Origin: Candidatus Zhuqueibacterota bacterium
Lineage (GTDB): Bacteria > Zhuqueibacterota > Zhuqueibacteria > Thermofontimicrobiales > Thermofontimicrobiaceae
Assembly (NCBI GenBank): GCA_049322915.1
Contig: JBMOPW010000020.1
Location: 192,001 to 256,000 of the forward strand
DNA: 64,000 nt
Reading direction: 5' to 3'
Of the stretch, positions 17,320-27,335 are shown one piece after another. Position 1 is the stretch's first letter; each line of letters begins with the position of its first letter. The position numbers and the translations under genes were made by a program. The notes beneath the pieces were generated by a model that did not search any database, was not told the DNA's origin, and was given only the letters and a program-made list of their open reading frames with translations.

Positions 17320-17403
17320 ATCGCCATTTTTCAATCGGCGAATTCGGCGCAGACTGATGGATTGAACGTGTCGCAATGACTGCAAAGGAGGCGTTACTAC
17401 AAA

Positions 17404-17838
17404 ATGGATTCAAAAGAAGAAGTCCGAAATATCCTGACACTCACGGGCAATAATTATTTGCAGGCGCTGGATTTGCTGGAGCGTCAGCTCAATGTGCTGC
17501 ATACGCGCGCTCAGGTGCTGATGAGCCTGGCGGGAATCGTCCTCACCATCACCGGCTTTTCGGGCCGGCTCATCGCCGGCACGTCGCAGTCAGCTCAGAT
17601 TCTTGTCATTCTCGGGCTGGCCACGGTTCTGTCCAGCGCCGTCTGGGTTTTCCTGCAAGTGATGCAGGTGAAATGGCTCACCGGGGAAGTCGTTCTGAAC
17701 GATCCGCGCAGTCTGGAAAAGGTGATCCTGCGCCGGACAAAAAAGACCCGCGCCTATACATCCGGCGGATTCGTTCTTTGCATCGGTCTGTTTTTATACT
17801 GCATTGCCTTTGCGCTGATGCTGATGAATCAGCAATAG
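17404..17838 (+). CDS. Hypothetical membrane protein (3 predicted TM helices)
   Basis: AGGAGG upstream, three hydrophobic segments, basic RRTKKTR stretch before the last TM. Confidence 0.75.
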   Translation: MDSKEEVRNILTLTGNNYLQALDLLERQLNVLHTRAQVLMSLAGIVLTITGFSGRLIAGTSQSAQILVILGLATVLSSAVWVFLQVMQVKWLTGEVVLNDPRSLEKVILRRTKKTRAYTSGGFVLCIGLFLYCIAFALMLMNQQ

Positions 17839-17945
17839 ATGACCGATCTCATAAACCTTCACAGGCTTTGATACGTTGTGATAAATTCTATTCCACGTTA
17901 TAGATGACGTGGCAACTCATTAAAAAAAAATTTAGATAACTTGAA

Positions 17946-18005
17946 TAGCCCCGACTTTTAAGTCAGGGAACAGAAATTCACCTCTGATTTTGGGGCTTCA
18001 GCTCC
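17946..18005. repeat. REP-like palindromic element
   Basis: AGCCCCGACTTTTAAGTCAGGG hairpin followed by GGGGCTTCAGCTCC; 17947-17980 matches 38893-38926 at 29/34 nt. Confidence 0.6.
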
Positions 18006-18094
18006 TTTTTGAGTGGACTCAGAAATAAAACAGATTTTTCCTTCCATTGAACGCATGCTTGATTCAGGCATATTTTATTGAGGAGAAAAAAAGA

Positions 18095-19006
18095 ATGATC
18101 TGCGCCGGAAAGATGCTTCTTTATCTTGGGATTTTCATCAGCCCGTTCTTTTTCCTGTCATGCAGACACCACCTGATTGACAATGCCAACTGGGAACTCG
18201 TCGCCACCGGGTTCAGCTTTCCCGAGGGGCCTGCCTGGGACGGTCAGGGTTTGCTGTACGTATCCAATTGCAATTCCGACTGGATCGCCCGAATTGAAAA
18301 TGGCGAGGTCGACAGGTTCCTCTCCGCGTCCGAGCGCACATTTGGCAAGACAAACGGAATGATTGTCTCTAAAACCGGCGATCTGTACGCCTGCGATTTC
18401 GGTCGGGGCGCAATTCTGAAAATTTCCTGGTCCGGCGAGGTACGGGTCGTCACGTCGGGATTTCAGGGCGCGCGATTCAATCGTCCCAACGATATTAATT
18501 TTGACCGAAGCGGAAATCTCTATTTCACCGATCCCAAAAGTTATCAGGCAGCGCAGCCGGATGGCCGCGTGTTTTACCACGATATCGCGGCTGACACTAC
18601 CAGACTGGTCGCGGTAAATATGGACTTTCCCAACGGTCTGGCCATGTCGCCGCGCGAGGCGAAATTATTTGTGTGCGAATCCGGCAAGTCGCGCATTGTA
18701 CGCTTCGATGTGGTTGAATCGGGGCGATTGGCAAATATGCAGGTTTTTGTGGAGTTGCCCGGCGGCGACCCGGACGGGCTGGAATTCGACACAGAAGGAA
18801 ATCTCTGGGTCGCTCATTTCGGCTCCGGCACGGTGTTCGTCATCGCGCCGGACGGTCACATTTTGCATCGGATAAAAACCCCGGGGAAGAAACCGAGCAA
18901 TCTCGAGTTTGGCGACGCGGACGGACGAACGCTTTTTCTCACCGAAGATGAAACGAACAGCATTTACAAATTGAGAGTCTGCGTGACCGGCTATCGGGCT
19001 TTTTAA
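18095..19006 (+). CDS. SMP-30/gluconolactonase/LRE family protein, probable lipoprotein
   Basis: FPEGPAW, NRPND, FPNGLA, PDGLEFD; FFFLSC lipobox-like. Confidence 0.92.
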   Translation: MICAGKMLLYLGIFISPFFFLSCRHHLIDNANWELVATGFSFPEGPAWDGQGLLYVSNCNSDWIARIENGEVDRFLSASERTFGKTNGMIVSKTGDLYACDFGRGAILKISWSGEVRVVTSGFQGARFNRPNDINFDRSGNLYFTDPKSYQAAQPDGRVFYHDIAADTTRLVAVNMDFPNGLAMSPREAKLFVCESGKSRIVRFDVVESGRLANMQVFVELPGGDPDGLEFDTEGNLWVAHFGSGTVFVIAPDGHILHRIKTPGKKPSNLEFGDADGRTLFLTEDETNSIYKLRVCVTGYRAF

Positions 19007-19035
19007 CGTTGTCCTGATGAGGTATAAAAATTATA

Positions 19036-19227
19036 GCTACTATTCAGCCACAAAATCTCTACGACACAAAGAAAAAGAAATATCTATAATAATCGATTCT
19101 GTAAAGCTGAAGTTGGCATTAAAAAAATACTGAATATCGGATTTAAAGATTGAATAAAAAGTTGGACACTACGTGTAACTTCGTGACCTGGCGCCTTTGA
19201 GGCAAAAATACATGCCTGAATAGTTGT
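19036..19227. mobile_element. MITE-like non-coding element, copy A
   Basis: Terminal IR ACTATTCAG(C)CA / TG(C)CTGAATAGT; 19179-19222 equals the reverse complement of 38851-38894 at 43/44 nt. Confidence 0.7.
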
Positions 19228-19377
19228 GAATCATGAGGCATCGCTGCCGCGACGGGATGGGATGGCCGGCAGTGCCGAATCTGAATACGAATGAAATACA
19301 AGGTCCTTTTTTAATGTTCAAAATGGTCGAATGACGATATAGATGAAACATCAGTTCAATCAATCAAGGAGTGTTGT

Positions 19378-20730
19378 ATGAGTTTTCCAAAAAAATTTGT
19401 ATGGGGTGCTGCGGCAGCAAGCTATCAAATCGAAGGCGGCGCATTCGAGGATGGCAGAGGTCTTTCTGTGTGGGACATGATGTGCCGAATTCCCGGAAAA
19501 ATAATGAACGGACATACCGGCGCTGTGGCCTGCGATCACTATCACCGCTTCCGCGAGGACGCCGGGTTGATGGGAGAGATCGGGCTCAACGCGTATCGGC
19601 TATCCATTGCCTGGCCCCGCGTGATTCCCGAAGGGGTCGGCAAAGTGAATGATAAAGGTATTGAATTTTATGATGCTCTTATCGATGCACTGCTGGAGAA
19701 TGGTGTGCAGCCGTGGGTCACGCTGTTCCATTGGGATTATCCCTATGCGCTGTACTGCCGCGGCGGCTGGCTAAATGCGGACAGCTCGGATTGGTTCGCT
19801 GAATACACGCAGGTGATTGTCGATCGGCTCTCGGATCGCGTCTCGCACTGGATGACGCTGAACGAGCCGCAGTGCTTCATCGGATTGGGACATCAGGACG
19901 GCTCTCATGCGCCCGGGTTGAAGCTCGGCTTTTCTGAAGTGCTGCTGGCGGCGCACAACGCCCTGCTTGCTCATGGCAAATCCGCGCAGATCATTCGCGC
20001 CCGAGCCAGAACGCAGCCGTCCATTGGCGCAGCGCCGGTGGGAATCGTCAAAGCGCCGGCAACCGAATCGAAGAAGGACATCGAAGCGGCCAGGGAAGGC
20101 ATGTTCGCCATCTCCGGTCTGAATTGCTGGAACAACACCTGGTTCGCCGATCCCATGGTGTGGGGCCATTACCCGGCCGATGGCCTGAAATTATTCGAAC
20201 CGTATCTGCCCAAAATCAAAGATGGCGATCTGAAGACCATCGGGCAGCCCCTGGATTTCTATGGCGCCAATATTTACCACTGCGACTTTTATCGCGCCGG
20301 CGCACATGGCAGCCCGGAACTGGCTCCCTTCCCGGTCAATCAATCCTACACGCTGATGGACTGGCCGGTCACCCCGGACGCGCTCTATTGGGGACCGCGG
20401 TTTTTGTACGAGCGCTACAAGCTGCCCATTGTAGTCACTGAAAATGGGATATCCATTTCGGATTGGGTGCAACGCGATGGCCAGGTCCACGATTCCCAGC
20501 GCATCGATTTTTTGGCAGGTTACCTGAAGGCCTATAAGCGCGCAATCGCCGGGGGAGTGGATGCCCGCGGCTATTTTCTCTGGTCGATCATGGATAATTT
20601 TGAGTGGGCCTATGGGTACAAACAGCGCTTCGGGATCATCTTTACCGACTATGCCACTAACACGCACATCCTCAAGGATTCGGCGCAATGGTACAAAGAG
20701 GTGATCAAAACCAATGGCGAGAATCTTTGA
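19378..20730 (+). CDS. Beta-glucosidase, glycoside hydrolase family 1
   Basis: FVWGAAAASYQIEG, TLNEP acid/base, VTENG nucleophile, WSIMDNFEWA. Confidence 0.97.
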   Translation: MSFPKKFVWGAAAASYQIEGGAFEDGRGLSVWDMMCRIPGKIMNGHTGAVACDHYHRFREDAGLMGEIGLNAYRLSIAWPRVIPEGVGKVNDKGIEFYDALIDALLENGVQPWVTLFHWDYPYALYCRGGWLNADSSDWFAEYTQVIVDRLSDRVSHWMTLNEPQCFIGLGHQDGSHAPGLKLGFSEVLLAAHNALLAHGKSAQIIRARARTQPSIGAAPVGIVKAPATESKKDIEAAREGMFAISGLNCWNNTWFADPMVWGHYPADGLKLFEPYLPKIKDGDLKTIGQPLDFYGANIYHCDFYRAGAHGSPELAPFPVNQSYTLMDWPVTPDALYWGPRFLYERYKLPIVVTENGISISDWVQRDGQVHDSQRIDFLAGYLKAYKRAIAGGVDARGYFLWSIMDNFEWAYGYKQRFGIIFTDYATNTHILKDSAQWYKEVIKTNGENL

Positions 20731-20848
20731 TTTGCCGCAGGAAGGCAGCGTGATGATTTTTTCGAATGATAAGTTGGTTGGAACGGTGAAACGAATCATA
20801 AAAACTGACTCGAATTTGTAGCGCAGATTAACGGTGTAAAAACCATGA

Positions 20849-20883
20849 ACCGGAGTCAGGCGAAGCAATTGCCTGGCTCCGGT
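20849..20883. terminator. Strong hairpin between convergent genes
   Basis: ACCGGAGTCAGGC-GAAGCAATT-GCCTGGCTCCGGT; no clear U-tract. Confidence 0.55.
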
Positions 20884-20892
20884 CAATGGACG

Positions 20893-22191
20893 TCAGTTGT
20901 TTGAGCCGGGGTCTGCCGGCGCTGCTTTCTGTTTCAATCGGTCGATCTTTTTAGCGGCCTCTTTGGCCTTTTTATGCTCGCTGTACGTATCCACAATTTT
21001 CTGGTAGCAGTTCATTGCTTTTTCGGTGTGGTTCAATTTGCTCTCATAAATGACGCCGGCGTCCATGAGCCTGTCCGGCGCTTTGGCATAATCCGGATAT
21101 TTTTCCGCGATGGAAAAAAAGGTCGCTGCCGCCTGTTCATAATCCTTCATTTTGTTCTCATAAATATCTGCAATTTCTTCCAATGACAGCACTGCCTTTT
21201 GATTGGATGTATCGGCTTCGATGATGTTGTTGAACGCCAGAATGGCCGTGGGATACTCCTTCAGATTATCCTTGTTGATCTTGGCAATATTCCATAGCGC
21301 TTCGATTTTCTGTGAGCTTTGAGGATAATCATCCACGACAAACCGATAGTCGGCAATCGCTCCCTGGAAATCCTTTTTCTTCTCTTTCTTAATTTCTCCT
21401 GACAATATCAACGCTTCCGGGGCGAACTGGCTCTCTGGAAATTCCGATTTGATTCTGGCAAGGGTGGCTATGGCATCATCATTCTGCTTCAATTTCTGAT
21501 ATTGTAGCGTGCCTCTGCGGTACAGCACTTCAGCCATATTCTGACTTTCCGGGAACAGCGCGATAAATTTTGCATAGCTCAAATCCGCTTCCCGGTTCTC
21601 ATCATTCTGGGCGTAGGTTTCGCCGATCCAGATTTGTACCTGTTCATTGCGGGCGTCTGTCGGGAAGTGAAGCGTGAATTCGCGCAAGGCGCTCAAAACA
21701 TAGGGATTAAAATGGGATTCCCTGACCGGCATAATGGTTTCCAGATAAGTATAAAAACGGTTGGCGCCGGAGTCAGCAGTTGCGGGGGAGCCAATCGAAT
21801 TCAACAGGAATGTTCGCTGCTCCGCGAATCGGCGCTCGTTGCCGATCAGTTGCCGGACAAGCTCTCTGGCTTCGTTGGCCTTTTCATCCTCCGGATACAG
21901 GAATAGCGCCTTCAGATACAACGCCAGCGCAGCGCTTTTATCGCCGGTCGCCTCGTTGGCTTTGGCCAGCAGAATCAGCACCTCCGGCGCGTGCGGGCTC
22001 TGCGGGAACGTCAGCAGGAAATGCTCCATTTCGCTGAACGTGAAGGCGTTCAATTTTTTTTCGTGCTGTTTGTAAATCTGCTGCAAAAAGGCAAACGCTT
22101 TTTCTTCGTCATACTGGGCATGAACATGGGTGACCCCCACCATTATCGCGAACAGTACGATCATTGGTACGAGAAAGTGTTTCATGTGCAT
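20893..22191 (-). CDS. Exported tetratricopeptide repeat protein (BamD/CpoB-like repeats)
   Basis: Signal peptide (VHA-Q), repeated 'FPxSxxAxEAL' TPR turns; GGAGG RBS before ATG 22191. Confidence 0.88.
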   Translation of the reverse strand: MHMKHFLVPMIVLFAIMVGVTHVHAQYDEEKAFAFLQQIYKQHEKKLNAFTFSEMEHFLLTFPQSPHAPEVLILLAKANEATGDKSAALALYLKALFLYPEDEKANEARELVRQLIGNERRFAEQRTFLLNSIGSPATADSGANRFYTYLETIMPVRESHFNPYVLSALREFTLHFPTDARNEQVQIWIGETYAQNDENREADLSYAKFIALFPESQNMAEVLYRRGTLQYQKLKQNDDAIATLARIKSEFPESQFAPEALILSGEIKKEKKKDFQGAIADYRFVVDDYPQSSQKIEALWNIAKINKDNLKEYPTAILAFNNIIEADTSNQKAVLSLEEIADIYENKMKDYEQAAATFFSIAEKYPDYAKAPDRLMDAGVIYESKLNHTEKAMNCYQKIVDTYSEHKKAKEAAKKIDRLKQKAAPADPGSNN

Positions 22192-22266
22192 GGCAAACCT
22201 CCATTGTAATGTTCTGGCTGACTGCATTTCCATCGTTGCGATACAAATCCCCGGTAGAATTCCCGC

Positions 22267-23424
22267 TCAATACAGGCACTTCCTGGCTTCGTCAGCAAAG
22301 GCGCTGATGAGTTCGATGTCGGCGTCAAAAAAGTGATCCGACGGGCAAAGGATATAGCCGCCATTTTCGCCGGCGTCTTCAAAGCATTTTCGTACGGCAG
22401 CGCGGGTTTCGGCCGGTGAACAGCCGGAGAAGTAGTGGAACTGGTCGAATCCGCCAATCATGCAGACTTTGTCGCCGATCCGTTTTTTCGCTTCAGCGAG
22501 ATTCACGTCCGCGCCCATGGAAGGCGGGGTGAATGTCTCCATGGCGTCTGGTTTCATGGCGGCAATGTCCTCCAGAATGGGCATCATGCCGCCGCAGGTG
22601 TGGTACACAATGCGCTGGCCGACGTTGTGCGCTTCCTCGATGAGCACCGAATCGAATGGCGCGACGAATTCATTGAATAATTTGGGAGAGATCACCGTGG
22701 TCGAGGCGTCGCCTCCACCCAATTCCAGAATGTCATATCGGGCGCCTTTGAGTGATCGGATGAAATGAATTTTCCGCTGTTGAAGGATTGTCAAAAATTC
22801 GCGCACCCACACCGGGTCGTCGTAGACTTCCATGATCATTTTCTCGGTGCCGTACAGGCAGCAGGCATCCTGCCAGCAGCCGGGCTGGCCGTAAATATCG
22901 AAGCAGATGATGTGGCCACGCACGAGACCGCGTTCCCCAAATTCCTCAGCCGTTGCATTGACGGAATCCACGTCGGACAGCGGGTAGGGCACGAATTCAG
23001 CAATGAGATCGATGTCGCGCTTGTCCTTCACCAGATGCTCCGTCACCCAGGTCGTTTGCACATTGGATTGAAGCAATGTCGTCATTGTCCCTTTGGGCGT
23101 GATCACTTCGAACCGCTCGGTTTTATACTGGGGATCCGGCACCGGGGTAGAGGTGATTTTCCACGTGTCGCTGAAAATTTGCTGACTGCCCAGAAATGGG
23201 TGATTTTCCTGACCCGGGGAAAAATACGCGCGCCGCTGGGTATCCGGTCTGTGGGGCACAGTCCACACAATGGGATCCAGGCCGAAATGGTCGAAAAATG
23301 TGAAATAGTCGACGCCGTTCATGTAGGTGTCCAGAAAATAGGGCATGATGTGGTGCGAGGTCACCGGCAATCGGTCCGGCTTCTCGCGTCGGATCGCCGC
23401 GAGCATTCGCTGTTTGGAAGTCAT
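22267..23424 (-). CDS. Uroporphyrinogen decarboxylase / MtaA-CmuA methyltransferase-like family protein
   Basis: MTSKQRMLAAIRREKPDRLPV, ISPKLFNEFVAP, YHTCGG, GGYILCPSDH. Confidence 0.85.
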   Translation of the reverse strand: MTSKQRMLAAIRREKPDRLPVTSHHIMPYFLDTYMNGVDYFTFFDHFGLDPIVWTVPHRPDTQRRAYFSPGQENHPFLGSQQIFSDTWKITSTPVPDPQYKTERFEVITPKGTMTTLLQSNVQTTWVTEHLVKDKRDIDLIAEFVPYPLSDVDSVNATAEEFGERGLVRGHIICFDIYGQPGCWQDACCLYGTEKMIMEVYDDPVWVREFLTILQQRKIHFIRSLKGARYDILELGGGDASTTVISPKLFNEFVAPFDSVLIEEAHNVGQRIVYHTCGGMMPILEDIAAMKPDAMETFTPPSMGADVNLAEAKKRIGDKVCMIGGFDQFHYFSGCSPAETRAAVRKCFEDAGENGGYILCPSDHFFDADIELISAFADEARKCLY

Positions 23425-23507
23425 AGCTGTCACTCCTCAGAATTAAATCAGTTTTTCGCATTGCGAAGTTGCATCGTCTGCCAGTCAGGCAGGGCATCGA
23501 TGGCAAA

Positions 23508-24686
23508 TTATTTACGCGCAGGCGTTTGCCAGATTGTGCCGCGGATGTCCGGCCGCGAGCGTTTCGGGTCCGGCGGATTCATGCGCTGATGGCCATCTCC
23601 GGGATCCGGCTGATAATAGACTGTCAACACGCGTCCCGGCTCCAGTTCGATGGACGTGGGATAGCCCAGGTCTTTGTTATCCGCATCGTCGCGGAGAATC
23701 ACTTCATTCCTGATATCCCAAGTGACGCCATCCTCGCTGATAATGGCGCGTTGCCCGAATGGTGGCCGGCGAAAGCCATAGGAACACAGCACGCGGCCAT
23801 CGTTGAGCAGCAGCAAATGCGGGGGGAATCCCCACATGGGCGTCCGGAACGGCTCGACCCAGGTTAAACCATTGTCATCGGAATAGGTTTCCAGCAGAAA
23901 ACAGCGCCGATCACCATCGTTGTAAGGGATCGTTGTCACGCGAATCATCATGATCAGTCTGCCCGTTGCCAGCCGGAGCATGTGCGGCTCGCCGATGCGA
24001 ATGCTGTCCGGCTGCGGGGACAGGATCGCTGCAATTTTCTGCCATTCACCCCCGATTGCTTTGGCCGAATACACGCCGATGCTGCTGCCCTCGGTGTAGT
24101 ACGAGGCGACGAGCAGCGAACCATCAGGGAGTTGTATCCCGCCGTGGATGGAATCCGTGCCGGGCATGGGCGGCGACCAGGTGACGCCGTTGTCCACACT
24201 CACCAGGCAGCGGGCGCCATGCTCTCCGGCAGCGTGTTTGTACTCAGGCCGCTCGACATACCTGATCCATCGTTCGAGTACGTCCGCCTCGTACGAATTG
24301 GGCGGCAGACCAGTATACTTGTCGGCTGACCAGAAAGTGGACCAGCACAATGCGAGGATCGAGCCGTCGTTCAAAACAGTCAGCCCAGCATGGCGGTCGT
24401 CGATGGGCGTGGCCAGCAGGGGAGTCGGCCGACTCCACGTTTTGCCGTTATCCGAAGAACGAACCGTGACAATCTCTCCGTTGGGTCCGAGATGCTCTTC
24501 GTTGATGCAGAAACTCACCAGCAGATCGCCGTTGGCCGCGCGAACCATGGCCGGCCAGGCGCAATACTCGTCGTGCGAGGCATAGACCGCCAGATGTTCG
24601 ATGATGTGCGGCCGGGGCGCTTTCGGCGACTGACACGACGCGCCCAGAACGATCGTGATTAAAATGAAAGAGACACTGCACCGCAT
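23508..24686 (-). CDS. Sialidase-like BNR/Asp-box beta-propeller lipoprotein
   Basis: Asp boxes SSDNGKTW, SVDNGVTW, SDDNGLTW, SEDGVTW; DLGYP; LGASC lipobox. Confidence 0.85.
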   Translation of the reverse strand: MRCSVSFILITIVLGASCQSPKAPRPHIIEHLAVYASHDEYCAWPAMVRAANGDLLVSFCINEEHLGPNGEIVTVRSSDNGKTWSRPTPLLATPIDDRHAGLTVLNDGSILALCWSTFWSADKYTGLPPNSYEADVLERWIRYVERPEYKHAAGEHGARCLVSVDNGVTWSPPMPGTDSIHGGIQLPDGSLLVASYYTEGSSIGVYSAKAIGGEWQKIAAILSPQPDSIRIGEPHMLRLATGRLIMMIRVTTIPYNDGDRRCFLLETYSDDNGLTWVEPFRTPMWGFPPHLLLLNDGRVLCSYGFRRPPFGQRAIISEDGVTWDIRNEVILRDDADNKDLGYPTSIELEPGRVLTVYYQPDPGDGHQRMNPPDPKRSRPDIRGTIWQTPARK

Positions 24687-24793
24687 GGCTGAATTCCTTT
24701 CTGTGAATGATGAAGGGCGCAACGCTTCGCTGCCCGTCAGATTGATTGAAGGGTGTCAGTGATCGTGGACTAATTCGGGGCGTCCTGGAAAAT

Positions 24794-26293
24794 TCAATTC
24801 TCCATCTCCGTCAAGCCAGTGGCGCACACCATGACCTTTTCCGGCGTGGCTTCCTGCCGGGTGAATTCGCTGGTAATGCGGCCCCGGAACATGACGTAAA
24901 TCCGATCGCAAATTCCCAGCACTTCAGGCAACTCCGATGAAATCAATATAATGGCCATTCCCTTTTTGATGAATTCATTGATCAGCCCGTAAATTTCCTG
25001 CTTGGCCCCGATATCGATGCCCTGAGTGGGTTCATCTAAAATTAGCACTCTCGGATTGCTGCCGAGCCAGCGCGCCAGCACCACTTTTTGCTGGTTGCCG
25101 CCGCTCAGTTTCATGGTGAATTGATCGATGCCCGGCGTTTTGATGTTCATGGTTTTAATGTAGCGATGGACGATCTCATTCTCAGCGCGCCGGCGAATGA
25201 AGCTGAATCGGGTGATGGATTTGAGATTGGGAAGCGTCATGTTTTCTTTCACCGACATGGACAGGACAAGTCCCTGCGTCTTTCGATCTTCGGTGGCAAA
25301 GGCAATGCCGGCGTTGATGGCGTCCTTGGGCGACTTGATGGCTAACGGTAGCCCCTCCAGCAGTATCTGCCCGGAGTGAATGGGATCGATGCCGAAAATG
25401 ACCCGCGCCAATTCTGTCCTGCCAGCGCCCACCAGTCCGAACAGTCCCACCACTTCGCCCTTGCGAATGGTCAGGTTGATATCCCTGAGTTTATTTACTG
25501 TCTCGAGATTGCGGATGACCAGCGCGTTTTCGCCAAGCGCCGGGGTGCGCATCGGAAATTCCTCTTCCAATGACCGGCCCACCATCAACTTGATCACCTC
25601 AGCTTTATCGGTCGATTTGGTTTCCAAAACGCCGACCATCTGCCCGTCGCGGAACACGGTGATGTTTTCTGTGATTTCAAAAATTTCTTCCAGCTTGTGA
25701 GAAATGAAGACGATGGTTTTCCCTTTGTTTTTCAATTCCCGGATGACCCGGAACAGGTTGTCGATTTCGTGGGAAGTCAACGTCGCGGTGGGTTCATCCA
25801 TGATGATGAGGCGCGAGTTGAACGAGAGCGCCCGGGCGATCATCACCAACTGCTTCTGGGCGATGCTCAGTTTTCGTACGATCTGCCCGGTGTCGAGATC
25901 GAAATTCATTTCGGCCAGTATCTGCTGCGCGCGGGCGTACAGCGACTTCCAGTCGATGAGCCCTGTTTTAAATTTTGGCTCATGGCCTAACAAAATATTT
26001 TCAGCGACTGAAATATCGGGGAAGAGCTGCAAGTCCTGAAAGATCGTGCTGATGCCCAATTCCTGAGCTTGCTGCGGATTACGGATTTCGACTTTCTTTC
26101 CGGCGAAAAGAATTTCTCCGCTATCCGGTTTGAAAATGCCATTGATAATTTTCACGAGAGTGGATTTGCCGGCGCCGTTCTCGCCGATGAGCGCGTGGAT
26201 TTCATTGGGCCGAACCCGGAACTCGACATTGTCCAGCGCTTTGACGCCGGGGAATTGCCGCGTGATATTTTTCATGTGAAGGAGATAGTCCAT
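24794..26293 (-). CDS. Sugar ABC transporter ATP-binding protein (RbsA/MglA-like)
   Basis: GENGAGKST, duplicated ABC domain, LSGGNQQKV. Confidence 0.96.
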   Translation of the reverse strand: MDYLLHMKNITRQFPGVKALDNVEFRVRPNEIHALIGENGAGKSTLVKIINGIFKPDSGEILFAGKKVEIRNPQQAQELGISTIFQDLQLFPDISVAENILLGHEPKFKTGLIDWKSLYARAQQILAEMNFDLDTGQIVRKLSIAQKQLVMIARALSFNSRLIIMDEPTATLTSHEIDNLFRVIRELKNKGKTIVFISHKLEEIFEITENITVFRDGQMVGVLETKSTDKAEVIKLMVGRSLEEEFPMRTPALGENALVIRNLETVNKLRDINLTIRKGEVVGLFGLVGAGRTELARVIFGIDPIHSGQILLEGLPLAIKSPKDAINAGIAFATEDRKTQGLVLSMSVKENMTLPNLKSITRFSFIRRRAENEIVHRYIKTMNIKTPGIDQFTMKLSGGNQQKVVLARWLGSNPRVLILDEPTQGIDIGAKQEIYGLINEFIKKGMAIILISSELPEVLGICDRIYVMFRGRITSEFTRQEATPEKVMVCATGLTEMEN

Positions 26294-26302
26294 CGTCGCG
26301 CC

Positions 26303-27229
26303 CTATTCTATTTCCATGCCGCGTTGAAGTCGTACAGCCACCAGAATCACCAGCCCTTTGACAGCCATCTGGTAGTAAGCGGATACATCCAGCATATTCA
26401 GTCCGTTATTCAAAATGCCCATGATGTACGCGCCAATGAGAGTGCCCCAGATCCATCCCTTGCCGCCGGTGATGCTCGTCCCGCCAATCACCGCAGCGGC
26501 GATGGCGTCCAGTTCCATACCTGTGCCCATGTTGGGATCGCCGGAATTCATGCGGGAGGTCAAAATCAGCGCGCCAACCCCGGACGCCAGTCCGCAGATC
26601 CCGTAAATGGCAATTTTGATTTTATCCACAGCTAACCCGACGAACCGCGACGCTTCCTCGTTGCCGCCGATGGCGTAGACATAGCGGCCAAAGCTCGTGT
26701 GCTGCAACACCAGATAGGCCAGAAAGTACACGACCAGCATGATGACGACCGGGATGGGAATAGACCCGAAATAGCCGCGACCCACCTGTTGAAATTGCTC
26801 GCCCAGTTCCGAAATCGGAAAGCCGCCGGTGATGATGAAACACAAGCCCCGTCCGATGACCATGGTGGCCAGCGTGACGATGAAGAAAGGGATTTTTATT
26901 TTAGCGATGAAAAAGCCGTTCAACAGCCCCACTGCGAGGCTGCTCATCAGGCCAATGATGACGGACAGATAGACCGGCGCGCCGAGTTCCTGCACAAAGT
27001 AGCTGATGATGATGCCGGTCAGGGCGACGATCGAGCCGACGGACAGGTCGATGCCGGCGCTCAGAATGACGAATGTCATGCCCACGCCCACAATGGCCAT
27101 GACCGAGATTTGCCGGCTGATGTTCAGCAGATTGGAGAACGATAGGAATCGCGGGGACAGAAAAGACATGATGACGATCATGACTGCCAGGACAACGAGA
27201 ATCCCGTACTTGTTTAAAATCGAACGCAC
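26303..27229 (-). CDS. Sugar ABC transporter permease (RbsC-like)
   Basis: GIDLSVGS, GRYVYAIGGNEEA, ELDAIAAAVIGG. Confidence 0.96.
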   Translation of the reverse strand: MRSILNKYGILVVLAVMIVIMSFLSPRFLSFSNLLNISRQISVMAIVGVGMTFVILSAGIDLSVGSIVALTGIIISYFVQELGAPVYLSVIIGLMSSLAVGLLNGFFIAKIKIPFFIVTLATMVIGRGLCFIITGGFPISELGEQFQQVGRGYFGSIPIPVVIMLVVYFLAYLVLQHTSFGRYVYAIGGNEEASRFVGLAVDKIKIAIYGICGLASGVGALILTSRMNSGDPNMGTGMELDAIAAAVIGGTSITGGKGWIWGTLIGAYIMGILNNGLNMLDVSAYYQMAVKGLVILVAVRLQRGMEIE

Positions 27230-27335
27230 GAATCACTCCTCTTTGAGGTACCGGAAACATATCGAAAAATTTGATAATTCAAAGCCATTGCAGGGATTAG
27301 CGCTGCTCTCGCGTGATGCAATTGAATCGACGACG

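Noticed and set aside
22267..23424. hemE (true uroporphyrinogen decarboxylase)
   Set aside because: Lacks the W.MRQAGRY motif and has no tetrapyrrole gene context.
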